NCBI GenBank assembly: GCA_963667785.2
Contig: CAXXMU010000001.1
Span: forward strand, 64,001-128,000
DNA: 64,000 nt
DNA from: Alphaproteobacteria bacterium
Lineage (GTDB): Bacteria; Pseudomonadota; Alphaproteobacteria; UBA828
Direction: 5' to 3'
A program made the translations under genes and the position numbers. A model generated the notes under the pieces. It worked only from the letters and a program-made list of their open reading frames with translations. It did not search any database and was not told where the DNA came from. Shown one piece after another: positions 28,874-40,109 of this stretch. Position 1 is the first letter of the stretch; each line of letters opens with the position of its first letter.

Positions 28874-29149
28874 CGGATGCCTCGCGCGTGCCCAATATAT
28901 GAAGACGTGGGTATGTGACGCGCTGCATCAACGGGCGGAACGCCCCGCGCATGGCTGAAATTAACTTATGGAAACCCGAAGATACGCTGCGGCGTGCCGC
29001 CGCCGCGGTGCTGCCGCCCGCGAGCGCATCCATGCCCGTGGCGCATCGTGACGAAGCGACGTTCATCAGGACTCGCATGCCAGATGACGCATTTGCCCAC
29101 AGATGAAGGATAAATTCACGCGGATGCGGTGATCCGCGGGGACACGAGC

Positions 29150-29290
29150 AACATATAGGTACAGATAGTGAAATGATTGAAGGCAGTTTTGGGTACAACG
29201 TCTTCTACACTATGAACAGACTTTCGATTTATAGACTCATATATTTGTCTATTAAATCATATTAGTTTTGAGAAAATAGATTATACTACG
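29150..29290. promoter_or_regulatory. Very AT-rich promoter region with an imperfect inverted repeat
   Basis: GATTTATAGAC (29226-29236) and GTCTATTAAATC (29247-29258), upstream of the 29314 gene. Confidence 0.5.
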
Positions 29291-29313
29291 ACACCGCAAG
29301 AGGGAGACTTGCG

Positions 29314-30477
29314 ATGCGCGATCGGATCCCTAACCGCCGCTTGCGAGACCGGCTCCCCCGTCCCCTGCCCATCCTGGCTACCGCACTGGCGTTGATGCTC
29401 GCGCTCGGGTCGCTTCCGACCCAGGCGGACGAGCAGGCCGCCGTGCCCAGGGACTGGGGTATCGGCATGTTCGGGGTCGAGAACTGCGTCGGCACCCTCC
29501 AGTACGTGCAGGACGACGTCACCCCGGCCACCGACTGCGCCATCGAGCAGGTGTTCTCGAGGCTCGCCGACAGCGCGCTGCAGCTCGTCGAGCGCCACGG
29601 CAAGGCGCAGTTCGGCGAGCACTTCCATATCGACCGCCGGCTCGGGCTCACCGCGTCGACCGGCACGCTGAGCGCCGACCTGGACGTGATCCTGCCGCTG
29701 AGTGCGCTCTCCTCGGTCGAGGGCGATGTAACGATGCGCTCCTTCTTCGTCCAGAACGGGGTGACGCGGTGGCGCGATGCGCGCGGCTTCCAGCGCAGCG
29801 ACGTGCGCCTCGGCGCGGTGCACCGCCATGCGCTCTTCGAGGAGCCGGGCGACGGGGTCATCGGCGCCTCGATGTTCGTGCAGGAGAACCTCGAGCGGGG
29901 CCACGCGCGGCTGGTGACCGGACTGGAGTATCTGGACCGCTGGGGCCAGGGCTCGCTCACCTACTACATGCCGACGACCGACTGGCGGCCCGGGCACTAT
30001 GGCTACGAGGAGCGGGCGATCGCGGGCGCGGAGCTCGCCTACAGCGCGGACCTGACCACGACCGTCCACCTGCGCGCCGCCGCCGGCCGCTGGGAGAGCC
30101 GGGACGGCTCCGGCGCATGGGCGGAGCGGGCGCGCCTCGGCCTCGGCTGGCAGCCGCATCCGTGGTTCGAGGTGCAGGGCGGCTGGGACGACGTGGGGGC
30201 GGGCGACGATTCGGTTGCGCTGCACGCATCTGTCTCGATCCCGCTGGGCGTCCTCGACCGCTCGGACCTGCGCTGGGAGGGCCTCGGCCGCCGCGACCCG
30301 GCGTCCCGCGAGGCCGAGGACGGCACCATCTGGCAATCGGTCGACCACGTGGGGCAGATCGAGGTCGTGGAACGTAGAAGTTCTTCGTTGTCGGGAACTG
30401 CAGACAATGCGGAGGGAAGAATACCTATCCCGCCATACTTGCCGGGGATATGGAAGCGCAACCAAGACGACGTTTGA
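29314..30477 (+). CDS. Inverse-autotransporter (intimin/invasin-type) beta-domain protein without passenger
   Basis: Signal peptide; LDVILPL, LGAVHR, GASMF, GHARLVTGLEY, YYMPTTDW, YEERAIAGAEL, linker VDHVGQIEVVER. Confidence 0.75.
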   Translation: MRDRIPNRRLRDRLPRPLPILATALALMLALGSLPTQADEQAAVPRDWGIGMFGVENCVGTLQYVQDDVTPATDCAIEQVFSRLADSALQLVERHGKAQFGEHFHIDRRLGLTASTGTLSADLDVILPLSALSSVEGDVTMRSFFVQNGVTRWRDARGFQRSDVRLGAVHRHALFEEPGDGVIGASMFVQENLERGHARLVTGLEYLDRWGQGSLTYYMPTTDWRPGHYGYEERAIAGAELAYSADLTTTVHLRAAAGRWESRDGSGAWAERARLGLGWQPHPWFEVQGGWDDVGAGDDSVALHASVSIPLGVLDRSDLRWEGLGRRDPASREAEDGTIWQSVDHVGQIEVVERRSSSLSGTADNAEGRIPIPPYLPGIWKRNQDDV

Positions 30478-30505
30478 GCCGCCTCGAAAAAGGGAGGTGA
30501 CATTG

Positions 30506-31105
30506 GTGGTCAGGAAACTTTCCCCCATAGTAGCAACCGTGCTGGGTGCGCTTGTTGTTGCTCAAGTGCTTTCGGGTTGCGGCGGAAACGGCGAAGAGCC
30601 TCTTGAAATAAACGGACCGAAAAAAAAGAATATAGTTTGGGGCGGAGCCGCTTATAGTGTTCCCGATTCAGTGCCGTATGGCGATCCTTACGTTTGTCTG
30701 CAAAATGCATACGTCGTTCGCTTGGCAGAAGGCGAGGCCCCTAATGAGCTCGCTGGCATTCGGGCAAACGAGGCATGCCGCAACTTACTAACCGACCCGT
30801 TTCTCGGTTGTCGCATAGACGGCATCCGCTCTGGCAGTCATTGGGGTTACGGCAGCGATCAATATCAGGTGCCGACCAATGACTATTATCGGTTCCGTCG
30901 GACTAACCCGCCCGACCCAACGGACAGGCCCTGTATTGCGTACGCCGAGGCGAGGCATAATACCGACCACTATTGCGAATCCGCCAGCGCAATTTCAACG
31001 TCGATTAGTGGTGCAAGCGCTAGCGCTCTCTCTAGGTGTCGCTATATCGTGAATGGTACCCGGCCCTGTACCGTCAAGTATACCTACTGCATACCGGATT
31101 TTTGA
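30506..31105 (+). CDS. Cys-rich lipoprotein, DUF4189-like
   Basis: GGGAGG RBS; lipobox VLSG-C; WGGAAYS, 8 further Cys, C-terminal ALSRC..PCTVKYTYC; low GC. Start may be 30503 or 30506. Confidence 0.65.
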   Translation: MVRKLSPIVATVLGALVVAQVLSGCGGNGEEPLEINGPKKKNIVWGGAAYSVPDSVPYGDPYVCLQNAYVVRLAEGEAPNELAGIRANEACRNLLTDPFLGCRIDGIRSGSHWGYGSDQYQVPTNDYYRFRRTNPPDPTDRPCIAYAEARHNTDHYCESASAISTSISGASASALSRCRYIVNGTRPCTVKYTYCIPDF

Positions 31106-31232
31106 GTATTGGTACATTCTAATAGAGATACGCTCGAAAGTGCGGCCGGGATGAGTTGAAGCATACGGTGCGCCCATTCTGGCATCGGCCGGAGAACTGC
31201 ACAGTTGCGGCCAGAAGAGCACTTCGCCCCGG

Positions 31233-31697
31233 CTACCCCGACCCGTTGCGCGAGGGAACCTGGGTCAGTGCCCGGCCGGAGAGCACGGTGCGCTCGCCCA
31301 CGCTGCAGGTGGTCTCGAACTCGACCCGGCAGCGCTCCGGGATAAGACGGTCCACCACCGCGCGTGCCACCACCTCGTCGCCGGGATAGACCGGCGCGGT
31401 GAAGCGCAGCGACTGAGAGAGGTAGACGCAGCCCGGCCCCGGCATGCGGGTGCCGATCACCGTCGAGATCAATGCTGCGGTGCACATGCCGTGCACGACC
31501 CGGCCCTTGAAGAGCGAGCGTTCGGCAAACTCGTCGTCGAAGTGCAGCGGGTTGGTGTCGCCGGTGAGGTCGGCGAAGAGCCGCATCGCGGAATCGCTGA
31601 TGACGCGGCTGTAATCCGCACTCATGCCGATGGTCAGATCCTCGTAGAAGTAGCCGGTCCGGGCATTGCCCGGGGCCGCTTCCGCCCGCTGCACCAT
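31233..31697 (-). CDS. MaoC-family dehydratase / (R)-enoyl-CoA hydratase
   Basis: FADLTGDTNPLHFD, VVHGM, QSLRFTAPVYPGD. Confidence 0.92.
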   Translation of the reverse strand: MVQRAEAAPGNARTGYFYEDLTIGMSADYSRVISDSAMRLFADLTGDTNPLHFDDEFAERSLFKGRVVHGMCTAALISTVIGTRMPGPGCVYLSQSLRFTAPVYPGDEVVARAVVDRLIPERCRVEFETTCSVGERTVLSGRALTQVPSRNGSG

Positions 31698-31947
31698 GAT
31701 CGAATTCCCTCCCTCGGCGTTGCTGTGCGGCAGGATTGTGCAGTGCAGCAATGAGACTGTAAAGCGCGCGCCTGCGGGATCGTCCCGGCTGCCGCCGGCG
31801 CTCCCGGCCGCCGTCCCCCCCGCGCGCGGCCGCCCTGTTCGCCCGTGCGCTCGTTCTGTATATGTGGCGCAGCATTTGAGGCGCTGCATAGGTGGCGCAC
31901 TGGCCGGGTCGGCACAGGCGGCGCGGCAACAAGCGGGAGGTGAACCG

Positions 31948-33483
31948 ATGGCCAAGTTTCCGACGGTACGTACACCGACGATCGAGGAGGTGCTCGACAT
32001 CGCCGAGGGCTACGGCATGACGATCACGGTCGAGGATGCGGAATCGTTCCAGGGCCTCATGGCGGGCACGATCGCGTCCTATCACCGGCTCGACGATCTC
32101 GACGAGCCCAAGCTGCCGGTGAAGTATCCGCGCAGCCCCGGCTACCGCCCGCCGCCCGAGGAGAACCCCTACAACGCCTGGTACTGGAAGTCCGAGGTCA
32201 AGGGTGCCAGCCGGGGGCCGCTCAAGGGCAAGAAGGTCGCGCTCAAGGACAATATCTGCCTGGCCGGCGTCCCGATGATGAACGGAGCGACGGTGCTCGA
32301 GGGCTACGTGCCCGACATCGACGCGACCGTGGTGACGCGCATCCTCGATGCCGGCGGCACCATCGTCGGCAAGGCGGCCAACACCTACCTCTGCTTCGAC
32401 GGCGGCAGCGCCACCACCGCCACCGGCATGGTCGATAACCCGCACAAGCGGGGCTACACCTGCGGCGGCTCGTCCGCCGGCAGCGGCGTGGTGGTGCTGA
32501 CCGGCGAGGCCGACATGGCCTTGGGCGGCGACCAGGGCGGCTCGATCCGCATGCCGGCTTGCTGGAGCGGCATCTACGGGCACAAGCCCACCCATGGCCT
32601 GGTGCCCTACACCGGGATCTTCCCCATCGAGCAGACCCTCGACCACACCGGCCCGATGGCGCGCTCGGTGAGCGACGTGGCGGCCCTGCTGCAGGTCATC
32701 GCCGGGCCCGACGGGCAGGACCCGCGCCAGATCGGCACCAAGACCCAGCGCTACGTGAGCGCGGTGGACAAGGGCGCCGACGGCATGAAGATCGGCGTCG
32801 TGAGGGAAGGCTTCGGCCATCCCGAGAGCGACGAGGCCGTCGACAGTTCCGTGCGCGCCGCGGTCCAGCGCTTCACCGAGCTCGGCGCCACGGTGGACGA
32901 GATCTCGATCCCCATGCACCTGGACGGGCCGCACATCTGGAACGGCATCGCGGTCGAGGGCGCGACCGCGCTGATGCTGAAGGGCAACGGCTTCGGCACC
33001 AACTGGGAGGGCTACTACGCCACCTCGCTGATCGACGCCTACGCGCGGGGCTGGCGCTCGCGGCCGGACGACCTCTCCGAGACGGTGAAGCTGGTGATGA
33101 TGCTCGGCGAGTTCATGCACCGGAACTACCACGGCCGCTACTACGCCAAGGCGCAGAACCTGAGCCGCCGGCTGCGCGAGACCTATGACGCCTCGCTGGA
33201 GGAATACGACGTGCTGGCGATGCCGACGCTGCCGATGCTCGCGACCAAGCTGCCGGAGCCGGATTGCACGCGCGAGGAATATGTCGACGCCGCGCTGAAC
33301 ATGCTGGCGAACACCTGCCCGTTCGACGCCACCGGCCACCCGGCCATGACGGTGCCCTGCGGCAAGGCGGAGTCGTCGCCCATCGGCTTGATGCTGATCG
33401 GCAAGCGCTACGACGACGCGACCGTGATCCAGGCCGCCGGCGCCTTCGAGAGCCTGGGCGTCTACACGGTCTCGACCATGTAG
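31948..33483 (+). CDS. Amidase (amidase-signature family)
   Basis: ALKDN, GGSSAGS, GGDQGGSIRMP. Confidence 0.95.
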   Translation: MAKFPTVRTPTIEEVLDIAEGYGMTITVEDAESFQGLMAGTIASYHRLDDLDEPKLPVKYPRSPGYRPPPEENPYNAWYWKSEVKGASRGPLKGKKVALKDNICLAGVPMMNGATVLEGYVPDIDATVVTRILDAGGTIVGKAANTYLCFDGGSATTATGMVDNPHKRGYTCGGSSAGSGVVVLTGEADMALGGDQGGSIRMPACWSGIYGHKPTHGLVPYTGIFPIEQTLDHTGPMARSVSDVAALLQVIAGPDGQDPRQIGTKTQRYVSAVDKGADGMKIGVVREGFGHPESDEAVDSSVRAAVQRFTELGATVDEISIPMHLDGPHIWNGIAVEGATALMLKGNGFGTNWEGYYATSLIDAYARGWRSRPDDLSETVKLVMMLGEFMHRNYHGRYYAKAQNLSRRLRETYDASLEEYDVLAMPTLPMLATKLPEPDCTREEYVDAALNMLANTCPFDATGHPAMTVPCGKAESSPIGLMLIGKRYDDATVIQAAGAFESLGVYTVSTM

Positions 33484-33523
33484 CCCGTACCCGGCAGCCG
33501 GCCCCGCCGGCCGCACTTCTCAG

Positions 33524-33556
33524 GGGGCGCCTCCCGTCAAGGGCGGCGCCCCTTGT
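33524..33556 (+). terminator. GC-rich hairpin, possible terminator after the amidase
   Basis: GGGGCGCC-T-CCC-GTCAA-GGG-C-GGCGCCCC followed by TTGT. Confidence 0.5.
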
Positions 33557-33737
33557 CTCGTCGCGGTCGCGGTATGAACTTCAGTACACCTCGGCAGCTG
33601 TGCAAGGTTGGCTGCCCGACGCCGATGCGACCGCCACCACCAAGCCGTGGCAGAAGCAAGAGGCCGCCGCCTAATCGTGAACCAACTGGCGGGACGGCAC
33701 CGTCAATCAAACGCCATCACGATTTATATAGCGGGCG

Positions 33738-35315
33738 TCACGATGATGCCTCGAACTGATTCAAATCCAAAATAGCCCGCCGGATCGAACGGTAGTCGTC
33801 CGGAGGCACCTCAACATATTGCGCCGTGTCATCAACAAAATCGTCCAGCTGCAGTAGGCCCAAAGGCGCTTTTGCAGTTGAAATCAGGTCAATATAGCAG
33901 CCAAAATCCAACTTGTACACATCGTACCGAATTCCGGGTTGATCACGAGCAGCAATATTCCGCTTCAAACTATGGAGCACGCGTGAATCAAAAAGTGAAT
34001 CAATAAGCGGGTGTCGAGTGTCACTCAAAAGCAAAAACGCCCTTGCACGCCGTTCGCCGATAACTTGATCAATTATCCACCGCAATAGGTTTAGCGCTTC
34101 GGGGCTTGAAGCGACTGCCGACTGCTTGTCGCGCTGATACCACGTGTTCGCGGCTGATCTGATGTCGGGAACGGAAATAGGGCCATCCAGCGCTTTTTGA
34201 GCTGCCAGAGCCATGATATTGATGGCATCCCTCGGCACGCCTTCCACCGCTCGAACAAACTCGTCAAATGCGTTTGACTGAGTAAATCCTCGGCGAATTA
34301 GCTCCCGCCGTGTGCTAGGTACGTCTTCATCGTCAGTTTCAGACGCGGATCGGAAATGTTTGAATAAGAACTCTGCAAAAAACTCTTTCGCCCGCTCAGC
34401 ATCGTTGTCGAAAACCATAAAGTCGTCCAAGTTTACGTCGGCGGTTGCATCTGCACCTAACTCTATGCCTACATAACCGCCATTTTCAGCTGGAACTCGA
34501 AATCGTGAGCGGTGCTCGATCGCTCCAATCTTCGTAGTAATCCCGGCGACAGGGAATATGCACCGGCGGATAAAGTCTGCCAAATAAGGCTGTAAATCAA
34601 GCGGCACGTCGCTCCATTCGTCTAAGACGATCCATATACGATTTGGTTTAAACAAACTGGCAAAATCAAACAAGGCGCGTTGGACGTCACCAAATATTAC
34701 TCGATGAGTAGCTATGCCGTGTTGCACTGTTCGGCCCAAATGTGATTTCGAAGTTTCAAATTCGGCCGCGGCAGATGCCCCTACACCCACGTTCGCGGAA
34801 GAAAATTCAACGGACAGGTTTGACCTTCCTTTATTGGTGGATTGTGCAGCTCTCTCGCTGGTTTCCTCTGTTGTGCCCACAACTCTTACATTACTGGCTG
34901 CATCCGCAAGTCTATCCAAGACAGGCCCAACTTGAGAAAGATTTAGCCTGTCGTCATTTTCTATGGAAAATGTTAGCAAGTGGTCATGAATGTTGAATAG
35001 CGTATCAACGAGCAGTCGAGTAGCTCGTTCAGAGATACTAATCGAAGAATCCGCATAAAGGCCGCCGGTCGAACCAATGGTGCGCATATCGACCAAAAAA
35101 CCAATGTCGCCGTCAGCTGTTTTCGTTTCGACTAGATAGGTTAGGGCATGAGTTTTTCCAGTTCCCCTTCGCCCATACATGACTTGATGATCTTGACTCG
35201 AAAGTAATGCAGACAACGGACCGGCATCCACAAAAGTATCGACCAGTTGCGTTGGTGCAACGGTTTCAGCGCGGCGAGTGAAGCGTAAGAGTACGTCGTT
35301 AATCGGCGATGGCAT
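33738..35315 (-). CDS. Stand-alone P-loop ATPase (STAND/ORC-CDC6-like), low GC
   Basis: Walker A GRRGTGKT, Walker B IVLDEW, GVPRD motif, C-terminal YKLDFGCY; codon usage unlike the flanks. Confidence 0.8.
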   Translation of the reverse strand: MPSPINDVLLRFTRRAETVAPTQLVDTFVDAGPLSALLSSQDHQVMYGRRGTGKTHALTYLVETKTADGDIGFLVDMRTIGSTGGLYADSSISISERATRLLVDTLFNIHDHLLTFSIENDDRLNLSQVGPVLDRLADAASNVRVVGTTEETSERAAQSTNKGRSNLSVEFSSANVGVGASAAAEFETSKSHLGRTVQHGIATHRVIFGDVQRALFDFASLFKPNRIWIVLDEWSDVPLDLQPYLADFIRRCIFPVAGITTKIGAIEHRSRFRVPAENGGYVGIELGADATADVNLDDFMVFDNDAERAKEFFAEFLFKHFRSASETDDEDVPSTRRELIRRGFTQSNAFDEFVRAVEGVPRDAINIMALAAQKALDGPISVPDIRSAANTWYQRDKQSAVASSPEALNLLRWIIDQVIGERRARAFLLLSDTRHPLIDSLFDSRVLHSLKRNIAARDQPGIRYDVYKLDFGCYIDLISTAKAPLGLLQLDDFVDDTAQYVEVPPDDYRSIRRAILDLNQFEASS

Positions 35316-35367
35316 AAGACACGTCCACTGGTTTCAAAGCCTCGATTGCGAGTGACAGTTGGGAGCC

Positions 35368-35772
35368 TCAGCCGATGACGGCCGTGGCCTCGACCTCGCA
35401 GCGGACATCGGGCGAGTAGAGGGCCTGGACGCCCATCAGCGTCATCGACGGCGGCGTGTGGCCCGCGAAGAGCTTCCTGTTCGCTTCGTTGACCACCTCG
35501 CCTTCCTCCGGCCGGTAGTTGGCGACGTAGGTGTTCAGCCGGACGATGTCGGCCACCGTGCCGCCGGCCTCGGCGAGCACGCGGCGGATGTTCTCGTGCG
35601 CCTGGGCGAGCTGGGCGGCGAGGTCCGGCCCCACGGATTCGCTCTTCGCGTTCCAGCCCACCTGGCCGGAGAGATAGATCGTCTTGCCGCCCTCGGCCAC
35701 CACGGCGTGGCTGAGGCCGTAGGTGAGATAATCCGGCACGTTGTCGGGGTTGATGTGGGTGAGCGTGGCCAT
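35368..35772 (-). CDS. RidA/YjgF family protein
   Basis: IYLSGQV, DIVRLNTY, EVEATA. Confidence 0.92.
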   Translation of the reverse strand: MATLTHINPDNVPDYLTYGLSHAVVAEGGKTIYLSGQVGWNAKSESVGPDLAAQLAQAHENIRRVLAEAGGTVADIVRLNTYVANYRPEEGEVVNEANRKLFAGHTPPSMTLMGVQALYSPDVRCEVEATAVIG

Positions 35773-35810
35773 GGGGTTCTCCTCGTTGGCGGGCGGCTGG
35801 CGCGCGCGTC

Positions 35811-37505
<1,695 letters not shown>

Positions 37506-37555
37506 CGTCCGTCCCTACCTCGTCCGGGCTGCCCGCCGCTGCGGGCAGGGAGCGC

Positions 37556-37631
<76 letters not shown>

Positions 37632-37707
37632 GCTTCCCGGCACGCGCGCCTGTGTATAGGCCACGGCGCGGCGGCTGTCCATGCGCCGGGTACGGTCGTG
37701 GGCAGGG

Positions 37708-38673
37708 TCAGACGGCGAGGTACTGCAGGGCGGCGAAGGCGGCGTAGCCGAGCAGCAGCAGCACGCCGAAGGGCCGTCCCAGCCGGATGCCTGAGAGCAT
37801 CGCCGCGATCACCAGGCCGGTGATGCCCGCCAGCACCCAGATGTCGACGCGCATGATCTCGTCCGGCACCGGCAGCGGCGTCACCACGGTGACCACGCCC
37901 AGGATTGCCAGGATGTTGAACACGCTGGAGCCGAGCACGTTGCCGAGCGCGACCTCGGTGTGCTTGCGGTAGGCCGCGACCACGGTGGTCGCGAGTTCCG
38001 GCAGCGAGGTGCCGACCGCCACCACGGTGATGCCGATCACGGTCTCGGTGATCCCGAGGCCCCGCGCGATGATGGTGGCGGCGCCCACCATCAGGTGCGC
38101 GCCGAAGCTGACGGCGGCGAGCCCAAGCAGCGCGGCAAGCCCGGCGAGCCAGATCGGCCTCGGCAGGTGCTGGCGCTCCTCGGCCTCGTGCGCGTGGCGG
38201 CCGATCCCTTCCGCGCTGAGACGGCGCTCGTGCCAATAGGAGGCGCCGGTGACCAGCCCGAGCAGGACCAGCATCAGCGCGCCCTGCCAGGCGACGAGGG
38301 TGCCGAACGAGATGAACACCACGAGCAGCACGGTCGCGCCGACGAGCACCGCCGCATCCCGTGCCACCGCCCGCCGCGAGACCAGCACCGGCGAGATCGC
38401 GACGGCGAGGCCGAGGATGAGCATCAGGTTGGCGATGTTGCTGCCGATCACGTTGCCGAAGGCGATGCCGGTGGAGCCCCGGAGCGCGGCCTGCAGGGTG
38501 ACCACCAGCTCCGGCATCGAGGTGCCGAAGGCCACCACCGTCGCGCCGATCAGGAGCGGCGAGACGTGAAGCCGCCGGGCGAGCGAGACCGCGCCCCGCA
38601 CCAGCGCCTCACCGCCCACGAAGAGCAGAATGAACCCACCGATGAGCTGAATATGGGTCAGCGGGTCGAGCAT
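37708..38673 (-). CDS. Calcium/sodium antiporter (YrbG-like)
   Basis: Two alpha-repeats: GTSMPE...GNVIGSNIAN and GTSLPE...GNVLGSSVFN. Confidence 0.93.
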   Translation of the reverse strand: MLDPLTHIQLIGGFILLFVGGEALVRGAVSLARRLHVSPLLIGATVVAFGTSMPELVVTLQAALRGSTGIAFGNVIGSNIANLMLILGLAVAISPVLVSRRAVARDAAVLVGATVLLVVFISFGTLVAWQGALMLVLLGLVTGASYWHERRLSAEGIGRHAHEAEERQHLPRPIWLAGLAALLGLAAVSFGAHLMVGAATIIARGLGITETVIGITVVAVGTSLPELATTVVAAYRKHTEVALGNVLGSSVFNILAILGVVTVVTPLPVPDEIMRVDIWVLAGITGLVIAAMLSGIRLGRPFGVLLLLGYAAFAALQYLAV

Positions 38674-40109
38674 CGGCCCCCGCGGCTGCCGGCGGCGAGC
38701 GTGCCGCTCCGCTCCAGGACATAGCGCCCGCGTGGCTGGGTCCGGTCGGCGACGAGCGCGAGCGGAACGCCGAGCCAGCCTTCCAGAACGCCCTCGCCGG
38801 GGGCGGCCAGCGCCGCCAGCAGGGCCGGCGCCGCGTGGAGCGTCAGCGCCCGGGCGCCGCTCGCCACCTCGCGCCGGGCCGCGTTCGCCGCCTCGTGGGC
38901 CACCGCCTCGAGCCGCACCCGGCGGCCCTCGAGGGCGCCGCCCGCCGGCTCGGTCAGGGCCTCCAGCAGGCTCGGGCCGAGCCGCTGGCGGTTGACCTCC
39001 ACCACGCCGCCGGCGGTGACGCCGAGCACGCGATGGGGCACCCGGTCGGCCCGGAGCGCGCGCTTCAGGCCGGCGAGCTGGACCTCCCGGCGGCGCGGGG
39101 CGCCGCGGCCGGCGAAGTCGATCGCGATCAGCCCGCCGAGGGAGCGGAGGACGATCTCGCGGCCGACGGCCGCGGCGGTCTCTGCCGCGTCGGCGCTGGC
39201 TGCCCGGCTCGTGTCCACGTCGATCGCCGCGAGCGCGCGGGTCTCCTCGATCGTGAGCCGGGCGCCGCCGGCAAGCACCACCTCGGGCTCGAGCGCGGCC
39301 TGGAGCCGGCCGGCGCAATCGTGACGCTCGAAGAGGGGCGCCGGGGGCGGTGCCGCGTCGGCAGGGCCGAGCGCGGGCAGCAGATCGGGCGCCTCGCCGG
39401 CCGCCAGCCGGCGCGCCCGCTCGAGCGTCGCGTCGTCGTCGATCGCGATCTTGCGTATGCCCGGCGGCGCGGCGTCGCGCAGCAGCCGGCCCAGCAGGCC
39501 CCCGCCATGCCAGAGGCGCCGGGGCGTGGGATCGCGCGCCGCCGCGGCGCGGATCTCCTGCCAGCGCGCAGCCAGCGTCGTTGCGGCGTCCGGCACCGCG
39601 TCCGGGCAGGTGCCGGCGGCGGCCCTCACCGTCAGCGCACCGCCCGGCACTTCCGTCCCGTCGAGAGCCGCGCGGACGGCACGCCGGGCCGCAGGCTCGC
39701 GCAGGCGGCGCGAGAGGGCGATGCCCTGGCCGCCGGGGCGAAAGGCGACGGTGCGGCCGGCCAGCACCGGCCGCCGGCTCGCCCGCGCGCGCTTCCCGCC
39801 ATGGGCATCGCACACGATCTGCACGGCGAGGGGTGCATCGCCCGGCCCGCGTCCGCCGGCGCCCGGAAGGAAGGCCTCCTCGCCGTCGCCGATGTCGACG
39901 ATGCAGGCGTCGATGCCCGCCATCCGGCCCAGCACCCGGGCTGCGTGCACGTCGCCGAGGCCGCTCGGGCGCGTATGCCACTCGATGAAGAACGCCGCCG
40001 GCACGCCGTCCGCTACCGACGCCGCGCGGATGCCGTAGGGGCTCGCGTCGACGAGCAGCTCCTCCTGCGCCCCGTCGCCTGTAACGTCCCTCATCGCGCC
40101 GCTCGTCAC
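38658..40109 (-). CDS. Ribonuclease E/G family protein (diverged)
   Basis: S1-like VDIGDGEEAFL, IEETRALAAIDVD, LGGLIAIDF, GVVEVNRQR; GTG overlaps the maf stop. Confidence 0.82.
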   Translation of the reverse strand: MTSGAMRDVTGDGAQEELLVDASPYGIRAASVADGVPAAFFIEWHTRPSGLGDVHAARVLGRMAGIDACIVDIGDGEEAFLPGAGGRGPGDAPLAVQIVCDAHGGKRARASRRPVLAGRTVAFRPGGQGIALSRRLREPAARRAVRAALDGTEVPGGALTVRAAAGTCPDAVPDAATTLAARWQEIRAAAARDPTPRRLWHGGGLLGRLLRDAAPPGIRKIAIDDDATLERARRLAAGEAPDLLPALGPADAAPPPAPLFERHDCAGRLQAALEPEVVLAGGARLTIEETRALAAIDVDTSRAASADAAETAAAVGREIVLRSLGGLIAIDFAGRGAPRRREVQLAGLKRALRADRVPHRVLGVTAGGVVEVNRQRLGPSLLEALTEPAGGALEGRRVRLEAVAHEAANAARREVASGARALTLHAAPALLAALAAPGEGVLEGWLGVPLALVADRTQPRGRYVLERSGTLAAGSRGGRCSTR

